This document shows positions 43,346 through 54,563 of a stretch of 64,000 nt of DNA, one piece after another (the first letter of the stretch is position 1; each line of letters opens with the position of its first letter). The position numbers were made by a program, and so were the translations under genes. The notes beneath the pieces were generated by a model that searched no databases, was not told the DNA's origin, and saw nothing but the letters and a program-made list of their open reading frames with translations. Origin of the DNA: the human T2T-CHM13v2.0 reference genome, Homo sapiens. Where the stretch lies: NCBI RefSeq assembly GCF_009914755.1, contig NC_060929.1; one strand, written 5' to 3'.

Positions 43346-44125
43346 TCACACCCTACAATTAATTGTCTTGGGACTTTGGTTGCCTGGCTTCAGTGGACAT
43401 TTTCAGCATCCTCCTCCTCCTCCTCACCAAAGGGAGAGAATGGACTTAGGAGAAGAACGGGACTTCCACTATGAATGCCGCATTCCTGTGGCTGCAGATT
43501 CCCATGACTCCTTTCCCTACTCATCTAGTCCCATTTTATAGCCTGGAAAGTTGTAGAGCTGGCATGAGAGTTGGGTCAAACAGAGCCAATTCAATCCTAG
43601 GGAAAGTTTATTGATTTAATTGTTAGTGACTCTCCTTAGGATGTGGGAGTATTTAATACTTCTTTGCTCTCAGCTGATGTCTCGGGTGTGCTGAAGGCTT
43701 ATGATGCTTACAGGAGTGGCCTGTACCACTTAGAGTGAGAAGAGAGTGGGGTGGTATGACTGGGAAATAGATGGGTTACTGACTCCTGGGAAAAGAAAAG
43801 GTCATGGTCAACCTCTGTTACACCAGGAAAATGTTTTTTTGTTTATAGGTGTTTTCATTCCCCATTCTTCTCCTTTAATATTATAATATATGTTAGATTT
43901 TGCGGACATCCTATGATCAATGAGATGGAGGAGGAGCTGCATGTATAAGGTCTGGGGATGGGGTTGGCAGGTAGCTGTGGCTCATAGACTCCTTCCAAGA
44001 GGTGGGGATCCCAGTGAGTTTTGCTGGAAGGGAATCTGCTTCCACTCACCTGCTTGGAGGTTGGCTATGGTTTTGAGATCAATTACTTAATCAGAGTTAG
44101 CTGTGTGATGACTCCATCTCTAAAT

Positions 44126-44312
44126 TCGGTATGCTCAAAATGTGATGTCCTGATGCTCATAAGCAGTACCACCTGGAATGCTGTTAGAAACACACATTCT
44201 CAGGCCCCACCCCAGAACTACTGAGTTAGAAACTGGGGTGGTTCCAGGCATCTATCTGAACACACACACCCTCTAGGTGATTCTAATGCACCCTAATATT
44301 TGAGAACTGCTG
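44126..44312. mobile_element. MER5A-like MITE
   Basis: cacctggaatgctgttagaaa...ttctcaggccccacccc...ggtgattctaatgcac...tttgagaactgctg. Confidence 0.8.
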
Positions 44313-44610
44313 CTCCAAAGATGCCTCTCTTCTCCAATTAAAATTGACACCCTAGCCTCGCTAATAAACTGGTTTCTGCTTTGTATGGCCTAATGAAAAG
44401 ATATGACTTACCTTAAAAAATTATTCCTTCAAAATTCTCTGACAATTTTCTATCCATCACACACTTCAGCCTAAAACTTTAAGGTGCACTTTAGTTGAGG
44501 CAAAGGGAATCTCTTTTCTACTTTCTGAGAGAATAGAACTCCAGAAGTTTATTCTTAACAACTTTAAACAAGATAATTTCCACTGGAGCTCAATCATCCT
44601 TACAGCGATG

Positions 44611-44616
44611 TTTATT
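44611..44616 (-). terminator. C6: Candidate distal polyadenylation signal AATAAA
   Basis: TTTATT on + strand, ~690 nt after the stop. Confidence 0.55.
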
Positions 44617-44669
44617 GTTATGGAATATTTCCTTGCATAAGATGATAATTAAGGATGGGACTCACCCTT

Positions 44670-44885
44670 CCGTGTTGTATTTTCTCCAAAACAATTATCA
44701 CCATCAAACATGCTACATATTTTACCTGTTTATTTCATTTTTTGTGTGTCTACCCCTGAATGAATGTATGCTTCATGAAGGCAAAGGCTTTTGTCTGTTT
44801 TATTATCTGCCGAGTTCTCAGGACTTTGGTCAGTACTTGACATCCTGTATACACACTCAGAAATTATTTGTTGAATGAAGATATG
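44670..44885 (+). mobile_element. L2 3' end, antisense within the distal C6 3'UTR
   Basis: gaatgtatgcttcatgaaggcaaaggcttttgtctgtttt...cactcagaaattatttgttgaatgaa. Confidence 0.8.
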
Positions 44886-44931
44886 AAAGCTGGGCTTCAA
44901 GAATGTGTTTCAGAGGTTCTGGAGATTTCTG

Positions 44932-44967
44932 TTTATTAACTCATTGAAGAAAATTATGGGTTTTATT
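44932..44967 (-). terminator. C6: Candidate proximal polyadenylation signals (two AATAAA)
   Basis: TTTATT on + strand at 44932-37 and 44962-67, ~335-370 nt after the stop. Confidence 0.6.
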
Positions 44968-45302
44968 CTTATTTCTAATTGTGAGAATGCTTAATGTCAC
45001 AGGCTACATAAGGGCCTCAGAAGTCACATTATTTTTGTACAATGTGAACAGGAGAATTTACGAGACTGCTGTGGAAGTTGGTACCTAGGGGTATGCTACA
45101 GGGCGTCATGAGCTGGAACTGAATAAGACATGCCCAAACAGGAGAGTCAGGGGAGAATAATGATCTCAAACTAACAGAAAATAATTTTTGTCAGTAACTT
45201 TGAGCATGCCAGTCTGCTGTTTGTGCAAGAATTCTCATTTGTAGGAGTTGGTTCTTCGGGATGGTAAATCTGTTCATTGTGCTGGGCCTAGCAGTAATTG
45301 TG

Positions 45303-45484
45303 CTAGGCCAAACACTTTCCAGGATGCAGTATTTCCATCTTCCTGTTTGCACATCTTATAGTTCCCACTTCACAGATGTTCAATGTTTTCTCACTTGTTG
45401 ATGATCCCATTTTGACACAGTAGAGTTGGTTTCCACCCTTGAAGCACTGTGGGGGCAATAGGCAGACACATTTGGAAGTGGAGG
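45303..45484 (-). CDS. C6: C6 terminal coding exon 18: FIM2, ASTSKCVCLLPPQC...HPGKCLA-stop
   Basis: Acceptor (ct)n cattacag|CC and TAG stop at 45303-45305. The eight exons sum to 1,347 nt = 449 codons, ending at the recalled C6 C-terminus. Confidence 0.98.
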
Positions 45485-45974
45485 CTGTAATGAGAGAGAG
45501 AGAGACAGTGTGACTTACCACAGTACATTAGGGTTTGGCTTTATCTAAATCATCCCCAGGGTGGCGAGCTCCTTGATGGTGTTAAATTAAGTTTGGTCTA
45601 AAGCTTTCTCTAATGAATGAGAAAGCCAAAAAATAAAAATTAAAAACAAAACAAAACAAAAACAACAAAACAACCCACCAAAGGCAATGACCCCAAAGAC
45701 CCAACTGTGACTGAATAGAGAGATCTGTATATAAGAGACTAGAGGGCACTAGTAAGCCAGTAAGCTTAAAGAGTTGGCCTATTTCTGGCACTTCCCCCGT
45801 CTCACTGTCCACATCCAATGAGGATTTGCACTATCTCTGGCACCTCCCTTTTACTCACTGCCTACATTCAATCAGGCACTAGTCCTATCAATCCATTTCT
45901 CCAATGTCTTCAGCCTGTCCTTTCTGTTTTATTTTATTTTTATTTTTAACATTGGCATTGCCTAACTACATTCA

Positions 45975-46215
45975 TCGTTATCATTTGTAGAGCATGTACT
46001 GTGAAGCCACACAATATGCCAAGCACTTTACATGCTTTATTTTTTTGAACCCTTACAGCAAACATATGAATAGGCTATCATACTAATTCTACAGAAGAGG
46101 AAACTGAGCTCAAAGAATGTAAGCCCTTTGCACATTGCCACACAATTAGTAAATGGTAGAAGCAGGATTTAAATAATACATGACTCACAGGCCTGAGCTC
46201 TTTAACATAACTCCA
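45975..46215 (-). mobile_element. MIR
   Basis: gccaagcactttacatgc...tacagaagaggaaactgag...agtaaatggtagaagcaggattt. Confidence 0.8.
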
Positions 46216-46734
46216 TATCACATTTGTTTCTTTCTTTCTAGAATATTATTGGGTTATGCCTGGGGATCTGTATTTTTAGTAGGCAGTTAAATTGAGTGAT
46301 TCTCCTATGAGGCCTGCTTTTGGAATCACCAAAGCACTTCATAATTCATTTAAGTCTTATGTTCATGAAATAGGTTTAAAACAATCATTTAGAGATAAAG
46401 TTACCAAAGTTGAGTATATCAAATTAATTTTGAACAAAGGTTTATAGGCTCATATATTCTACATGTATGTTTTAGTCAAAGGTCAAAGTCTTCCACTGTT
46501 TGGCCTCAACTTCCATTTTCAACATTATCTTTTTTACTTTCTCCATTTCAAGTAGTTTAACTGTCTGTTTCCCCAACAAGACCCCAAAAGTGCTCCAGTT
46601 TTTGTTCTTTCTCCTATGTCATCTGCCTCTTTTGCCAGACTGATGTGCTCTTTCCTACTTCTCCCCATACGTCCAGTTTCTACAAGTCTTGCCTCCTCAA
46701 TGAAGCATTTCATAGCAACATAACCATATTCTGA

Positions 46735-47044
<310 letters not shown>

Positions 47045-47049
47045 AGATT

Positions 47050-47688
47050 TTCTCTTTTTTCTTTTTCTTAACTTTTATTTTAGTTTCAGGGATACATGTG
47101 TTAAGTTTGTTATATAGGTAAATTGAATCCATAAGGGTTTGGTGTACAGATTATTTCATCACCCAGGTAATAAGCATAGTGCATGATGGGTAGTTTTTTA
47201 ATCCTCTCCCTACTCCCACTATCCACCCGCAAGTCGGCCCTGGTGTCTGTTATTTCTTTGTGTCCGTATGTTCTCATTGTTTAGCTCCTGCTTACAAGTA
47301 AGAACACGTGGTATTTGGTTTTCTGTTCTTGTATTAGTTTGCTTAGGATAATGGCTTCCAGCTCCATCCATGTTGCTGCAAAAGACATGATCTCATTGTT
47401 TTTTATGGCTGCATAGCATTCCATGATATATTTGTACCACATTTTCTTTATGCAGTTTATTGTTGATGGGTATTTAGGTTGAGTCTATGCCTTTGCTAAT
47501 GTAAATGGTGCTACAATAAAATACCTGTGTATGTATCTCTATGATAGAATGATTTATACCCCTTTGGGTATATACCCAGTAATGGGAATGCTGGGTCAAA
47601 TGGTAATTATGTTTTAAGTCCTTCAAGGAATTCTGTTTTAAGTTCTTTGAGGAATCGCCACACTGCTTTCCACAATGGTTGAACTAAA
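47050..47688 (-). mobile_element. Short L1PA (PA13-16-like) 3' end
   Basis: aacttttattttagtttcagggatacatgtg...gattatttcatcacccaggtaataagcatagt...ccacaatggttgaactaa. Confidence 0.88.
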
Positions 47689-50600
47689 GCAGATCTTTTA
47701 TTTAGCTAAATTTTAGTGGTGTAAACTTGTCATTTTACAAAAACTGACATTTTTGTATACATTCTTATTAGTTAGATTTTCATATGTCTTTTCCCCAAGA
47801 CAATGATAAGTGCTTTTTTGGAGAGCAGTGTGGCTCATCTGTCCTATCAACTCTTAACAAGGCGCTCAATTAATTCTTCTGGATCAACCGACTTGAAATT
47901 CTGAATTGTGCATGCAGGTATAAGTGTACAAAAAAGAAATTTATTTAATGGATCTGGAATAATTCATGTTGCCAAAATACCTGAGTCAGCGTGAGTATTA
48001 GCAATGAGGTCATGAATGAATAGCTTATTTTAGGCAGACATCGATTCTTTCCCATGTGTCTCAACTGATGGGGAAAAATAGGGAAAGGAAGTAGGAGATA
48101 CTCATATGCACCACATGCCTGGGCATCTTGCCCTTGGTAGGAAACATTTTATGGAAAAGCATGCATTTCCGTACTATGCTCTCCATCAACCAGCTAGAGA
48201 AGATTCTTGTTCATTGTTGGAAAGAATGTTCTTGTCCATTGATGGAAGGGATGGAGTTTGGTGAAAGACAGGGGACTATTCCACCTCTGGTTAGGACATC
48301 AGTTCCTTAGGTTTTTGGAAGGGCCATGGTCACTACCCTTTTAGTATGGATATAGCTTAAATGTTCTTTGCTTAATTATTTTCAGAACTACCAGCACCAA
48401 AAGACCCTTCCCACCACCTCTACTAATTCATCCTTCAACACTCAGTTCTCACGCTTCTATACTTAAGAAACCCTTCCAGACCAGAAGATATTTCTCTCTC
48501 TTAATGCTCTTATCACATCCTGACTTGCACTAAAGTGATTCATGTAATTATTGTCTAATGTTACTCCTCCAAAAATTTGACGGGTAAAAAGGGTGCCTCA
48601 TCTTAAAACCATCATCATGGCTGCTAAATGGATGTTGGCTGAAAAAATTTCCTGTTCCTGTCGGTTGGTGGTAGATATTTCTGAAATTCAGATAAAATAC
48701 TTAATATCTATAAAATAGGCTTCTGGGGGATTTCATTCATGTTGTAACTTTTGAAAGGTGACCTTCATATTACTTTGAAGTTCTATTTTAAAGTTTTTTA
48801 AAATTCCATTTTAGATAGAGAAGGAAAAGAGTAGCTAAGAGCACAATGTAATCAAGAACACAGTTTAATCAAAGTGACATTCAATTGAACTGAAAATTAC
48901 TAATATTCCAACTTCCCATGAGTGGCCTGGGTATAAAGTACATTTTTAGCTTTCTCTGTCTTCATAAATGCTATCATTTGTATATTGATACTTTTCTATA
49001 GTGCTAATCCAAACAGAACCCTCTGTGACATTTACTTTTGCTCACCAATTAAAGAAAGCTAGCAGAGAAAGATCATATCTTTAGAGGAAAAAAATGCTTT
49101 GAGTTTCCTGATTGTGTGCAGAACCAAAAAATATTTTAAATTGCCTAAATATATCTTCTATTAAGAAGTGTTCATGTATTAGTTTGACTACCCAAAGCAT
49201 TCTGTTAATTTCACAGTTTTTAGTACTTTTTTTTTTAAAACAAAGTTAAACACCTCAAGTATGTGAGGATTTAGATATGTGTACAGCAAAGCGGTAATAG
49301 TAAAGACAGGTATTTCGATAAAATTGTAAACTGTTATTTTTCACTCAGGCAGATTTGAAAAAAAATTTGTGGGAAGATAGCAAAAAAAGGGAAGATAGCA
49401 AAAAAAAAAATTATTTCCAATAGAAGAGTTCTCTGAAGACTGCTTCTCTATGATAAATAAGGAAGAATGGAAGGTAACACTAAATACAGCCCCAAATGCC
49501 TGACCTATCTATTACAGTACAGTCAGGGAACAGTTCTTAACTTCCCTGCTGACCAAATTTTATTTTCTCTATGTATTTTTGACAATAATGTTCTTATACT
49601 ACATTTCTCAGATAAAAAGTTGATATTTAAAATAAAAATGATGTTGTATAATACTTTCAGCTCTTTTCTATCACAGATTATTGTTTGCAAGAGACGTCAG
49701 TTGAGTAATGGTGTTGATCAAGCATCAAAAAAATGAATAGTAGAGTTTTTGTCTAAAAAGTTATTTAATAGTGATTAGAATTAAGCAACGTGCATATCAG
49801 GCCCTAGTTTTCTGTAACTTATATGGAATTGCTTTGTTTAGACATGGCATGAAGGTTGAAAACCCCAGATACTGGCATCCTGAGTTGTCACCATCAGATG
49901 CCAACTATGTCCACCCTCTGTCATGTTTCAATCTTGTGGCCTGTCAAGGGAGCTGAAGCTTGATAATCAACCTTAAGTGGATCGGAAAAGAACTGGTTTT
50001 GAGTAATAAGACCTCTCCCCTTTCCAGGACTGAGCTGAAGAACACTGGGCCACAAAGTCAAAAAAGAGTCAAGAGGAACAATATGGTTTTTGTCTTTCTT
50101 TTTGCAAAAGTAAGGTGGTTTCAGCAAAGATTCCTTTGCATACTTTATGCTCCAATTTAAGATAATTTTTTTGGAAAATGTTCCACAAAGGAAATATCTC
50201 TAACTGTTTGGGTTCTGTTGTAATCTCCAATCCGTCTTTTGAAAAAGAAATAAAGCTTAGTTGGGCTATTTCAGGGTCAAACTTCATCTTGGAGCAAATG
50301 TACTGCTGTGAAGTCCCTGCCTCGAAATAATTCACAACTGTAATGTCTATGGCCAGTAAACTTAGGGAAAATGGAAATAGAATGCTACTCCTTAAGTATT
50401 AAATTGGCAGAGATACAAAGGAGTGATAACTCCAAGGTTTGGTGAGAGTGTGGGAAAGCAGTCTTTACTATATGTTCTAGGAAATATAATATGGCAAAAA
50501 TATTTCTGGATAGGCAGCCAACATATTGTATCAATAAAAAAAATTTAAAAATAATATTTACCTAGAAATGTCCCTTTCTAAGCTATATCTGAAGGATGTA

Positions 50601-50879
50601 ATCTTAGCTCACAGATTTATTTGTGATAGATTTAGGTATGATGGCACTATTTATGATAGCAAAATACAGGAGAAAAAATTTAAATGCCTAACCAGAGATT
50701 GGTTAAATAAATCATAGAATACCCGTATAGACTTTTGCAGACATTGAGAATTATGTGGCCGAATAATATATGTTGACATGGAAACAGTTCCATGACATAG
50801 TAAGTGAAAAAACAGCAATATATAGAATAACATGTAGAGTATGCTCCGATTTTATATTTTAAAAATTTGTAGTATATGC

Positions 50880-51484
50880 GGGGCCACTCCTGAAATGTTC
50901 AAGACCCAGGGGCCAATTTTTTTATGGGGTGCTTATCTATAAACTATTAGAGTCACCCCAAATTAGAGTGTCAGCATCATACTGGCTTTCTAATTTCAAG
51001 CAATCTTGAGCAAGAATGCCCTGCTGGCTAGCAGCAGCAATTTGTTCACCAAGCTGTTTTCTGAGAATGAGGGTCTAGTCTGGGCCAGAGATGACTCCAC
51101 AGGCATGAGCCCCAGAGCTCTTTGGGGCATCTGGCTGACCCCACGCATGGTGGGGAGGAGAAGCAGTAGAGAGCTGGAAAGTATAACAGTGCCTGGGTTC
51201 ATGTGGGATGCTGTCTGGGCTCAGGGTGTCCTGCCTGAATAGTATTGTCAGCCTTGGCTAGACTAAGGCACTGAAAGAAGACTGAAAGAAATTTCAGGAA
51301 GATGCTTTGGCAATGCAAAATCCAGTCCTACCTGGACAGCACTATTGGCCTCAGACAGTCCCAAACACTAGAAGGAAACTTAGACAATTCTGGTGAAGGC
51401 CCTCCAAAGCTGGGACTCGGAAGGATGCCTGAAACACGAGATCGGGACAAGTGCTCTTCCCACTGGGGCCTAAGGGTGGTACTG
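50880..51484 (-). mobile_element. Probable hAT-Tip100 DNA element (MER115/Zaphod-like) inside old L1ME
   Basis: GC-richer block ending ...ggggcctaagggtggtactg (reverse complement CAGTACCACCCTTAGG). L1ME-like sequence on both sides. Confidence 0.5.
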
Positions 51485-51718
51485 ATTACATATGCATAGA
51501 GAAAAGATTGGCAAGATATACAACCACATTACTACAGTAGTTATTTCTACTTGTGGGTGATTATAATTTTCCTTTCTGTTTAAATCATTTTATGAATTTT
51601 TTTTACAATGGAAAGGAATTATTTTTGATTAAGGATAGGTTATTTTTAAGAAAGATGATATACTAGCTGAGATGAAGGTTAAGTGAGAGCATTTAGTATG
51701 GTCACCATTGGAACTTAC

Positions 51719-51960
51719 CTGAACATTTTTCCCAGTCATAGCAGGTGTCATAGCCACAGGATTCTTTCTTTGTGCTGTTGGATGAAAGTCTTGTCCTTTC
51801 AAGACCCCATTCTAACTGGCGGCCGTCTTGGCAGGAACCAATATGTAGAAAATGGAGTTGCTGATTATTTAAACATTTCTCAGCCAAAAACTTACAAGCG
51901 GGTGAAGTAAAGTAATCGTTGGAGTCTGTGTCAAACACACAGAGATCTTCTGAATGATGG
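51719..51960 (-). CDS. C6: C6 exon 17: FIM1 and start of FIM2, HHSEDLCVFD...CYDWEKCS
   Basis: Acceptor gggcag|C and donor TCA G|gtaagt. 242 nt. Contains an NST sequon. Confidence 0.98.
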
Positions 51961-52412
51961 CTGCCCAAGAGAGGAAAGCAAGCATTTCTATATGAAGATC
52001 AGAAAAAAACAGGGGGCACGTAGCCAATGTAGTGTGTTCACTCACCAACCAGTTTTCTTTTGCCTGTTTTCCCCACCCCACTCCAAGCCCTGGGCTTGAG
52101 TGAGAGGAACAGGAAAGTGTTGATATAACTGAGTTTAAAGTTTTTACATGTGCAGAAGTTAAGTCTTTAAAACCAAAATGAGACTGTTATAATGAACAAT
52201 CTCATTTTAAACAGGGAACTGGGCTGAGAGATAATTAAGAAACTTGCTACCCAATGGGGAAGGAGGAATTCAGCAGAGCACAGGAATATCAGTTATGTGG
52301 AAAATTCATTTATTTCATGTCTGTGCTTCAAAAAGCTCAGCTCTTCCATCAAATTGGTTACACTAGACTGGTTTTCCCAATTTCCAGACACAGTCTGTAG
52401 GGTATCTCTTAC

Positions 52413-52503
52413 CTACAGTCTTCTTCTGGAGACATACAAATGCATTCAGATCCTGATTGTTTCTGTCCCAGCTGACAATGGCCTTTTAATTTTGTTAGAG
52501 TAT
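52413..52503 (-). CDS. C6: C6 exon 16: start of FIM1, DTLTKLKGHCQLGQKQSGSECICMSPEEDC
   Basis: Acceptor tttcag|AT and donor TGT AG|gtaaga. 91 nt. Confidence 0.98.
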
Positions 52504-52764
52504 CTGAAACAAAAGAAAAAAGGAGAAAAGAACAGTGCACAGCATGGATTCTAAGTGATAAGCTTGAATTCAGAGAAGAGGCAGTGGTAAAGGATTCATA
52601 TTTATCTCTTGGAGTTAGATCATTCATTTTGGCTTCTCTAAATACATTGTCATTAAATATTCCACCTGAAAGGTCCTTTCCAGTGCACATGAGGTGTCAT
52701 TTTCCAACCTAAAATTGCGATTATGTTCAGATAACTAAAGAAAATGGAACTGTTGAAATTTTTG

Positions 52765-54400
52765 TTCATTTGTTTTTCAAATATTTATTGAGTATACATG
52801 AAATTCTCATCACTCTGTAAGGTTCTGGAGAGAGTAGATTGAGCATAAACTGACCCAGATCCTGTGCTCACCAAGCTTATAGTCTTGTGGGTGCAGACAG
52901 ACATTAATCAAATGAGCACACTAATATAAATATAGAATTGTTGCCTTTCTTAGGGCTATCAAAGAGAAGCATATAATAAAAAATTGATGTAGCTAGAAAG
53001 ATTAGAAAAAGTAAAATGAAGAAAGGTGAGGCTGTTCAATACAGAGGAAACATAAGGTATGGAAAAGTTCAAATGGGAGGCAGTGGTCGGGCATAGTGGC
53101 TCACGCTTGTAATCCCAGCATTTTGGGAGGCTGAGGCAGGCAGATCACAAGGTCAGGAGTTCGAGAACAGCCTGGTCAATATGGCGAAACCCCATCTGTA
53201 CTAAAAATACCAAAATTAGCAGGGCATGGTGGCATGCACCTGTAGTCCCAGCTACTCAGGAGGCTGAGGCAAAAGAGTCACTTGAACCCGGGAGGCAGAG
53301 GTTGCAGTGAGCCGAGATTGTGCACTGCACCCCAGCCTGGGCAACAGAGTAAGACTCTGTCTAAAAAAAAAAAAAAAGGCAGGCAGCATGTGAGTTTCCT
53401 GGAACTGAAAGAACCCAGTGTGGTTGAAGTGCTGAAAAACAAGAGGATGGAACAAGATGTGGCCAGAGAGGTAGGTGTCTGGTAGGCTGTGTGGGAGGCT
53501 AATAGGGTCTTTGAAGGGTTTTGTCTTCATTTTATAAATAGTAGACAGTCTCTGATAGGTTTTAAGCAGGGAGTGGTGTAACAAAATCAGCCCTCGATTT
53601 TGAAAAAAAGAAATTAATTATGGCTTCTGTGCAGAGAATGGATTTGAAGAGGCACGGTGGTCAATAGGGCTCCAGGGAGCTAATCTATGAGGTTATTGTG
53701 GTAGTTCAGGTGAAAGAGGATGATAATTTGGACCAAGGTTCCAGAGGTGGAAATGGAGAAAAGTGGATAAACTTGAGACACAGCTAGCAGGTAAAACAAG
53801 TGATATTACCTATTATGTAAGTTATGAGAGCTGTCAATTATATGATTCTTCGGTTTCTGATTTGCATAAAAGAATATACATTAGTGCCTTACCTGAAATA
53901 GAAAATATTAGAAAATGCTTAGTTTTAGGAAGGAAGGGTGATGAATTAAGAGTTCCCTACTGTAGATGTTGAATTTATGGTATCTTTAAGACATCCAAAC
54001 AACGTAGATATATAGGAATTTAGATATTCATGTCTAAATCTCAGTGGCGAAGTCTGTGCTAAAGATTTAAATCTGTTATTTGTCTATGGGGGAATCACTG
54101 AAGCTATGCATGTGGATGAGATTCTTCAGTAGGAGAGTGCAGTGTGAGGCGAGGGGACAGATCCAAAACTTGGGAAACTCCAGTGATTAATGTCCAAGCA
54201 CTGGCAGGAGCCTACCAAAAATAGAGGGCAACAGCCAGAAATGTCGGAGCTAAACAAGAATATGAAGCCAAGGAAAGAACATATGTGCAGAAGGTCAACA
54301 TTGCTGAAGGCTGCCGAAAGGCCACAGAAGATAAGGAAAAAAAAAAAAGTCCATTAGATTTAGCAATATGGATGTGAATGGCTTGAAATTCAGATTTTCT
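52765..54400 (-). mobile_element. Long L2 fragment interrupted by an Alu
   Basis: aatatttattgagta...; ggttttaagcagggagtgg; gaggttattgtggtagttcaggtgaaagaggatg; ccattagatttagcaatatgg. Confidence 0.8.
53085..53377 (+). mobile_element. AluS (Sg-like), antisense to C6 in intron 15
   Basis: ggtcgggcatagtggctcacgc...gatcacaaggtcaggagttcg...A15 tail. Confidence 0.95.
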
Positions 54401-54487
54401 TACAAGAATCAGTGGAGAAATGCAGCTCCTAAATGTAGCTATTAATCCCTGCATGGCATTCTAGGCACTAGGACATTATGGTGGGAA

Positions 54488-54563
54488 AAAAAAAAGAAAG
54501 GAAGGATGGAAGGAAGAAGGTGGAGGAGAGGAGAGGAAAGGAGAGGAAAAAAGAAAGAGAAAA
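54488..54563. repeat. Purine-rich (GA) low-complexity tract
   Basis: Seen directly. Confidence 0.85.

Larger units (their letters stand above)
44594..45302 (-). other. C6: C6 3'UTR (distal end approximate)
   Basis: Follows the stop codon. Minus-strand AATAAA at 44962-67, 44932-37, 44799-804, 44729-34 and 44611-16. The end is inferred ~17 nt past the 44611 hexamer. Confidence 0.7.

Noticed and set aside
45485-45518. Consensus-like donor GTG|GTAAGT just upstream of the exon 18 acceptor
   Set aside because: Pairing it with that acceptor would give a 34-nt intron, below the normal human minimum, and I see no supporting upstream cassette exon.
47608-47655. 24-bp imperfect tandem duplication (tgttttaagt...aggaat)
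   Set aside because: Local slippage inside an L1 3' fragment.
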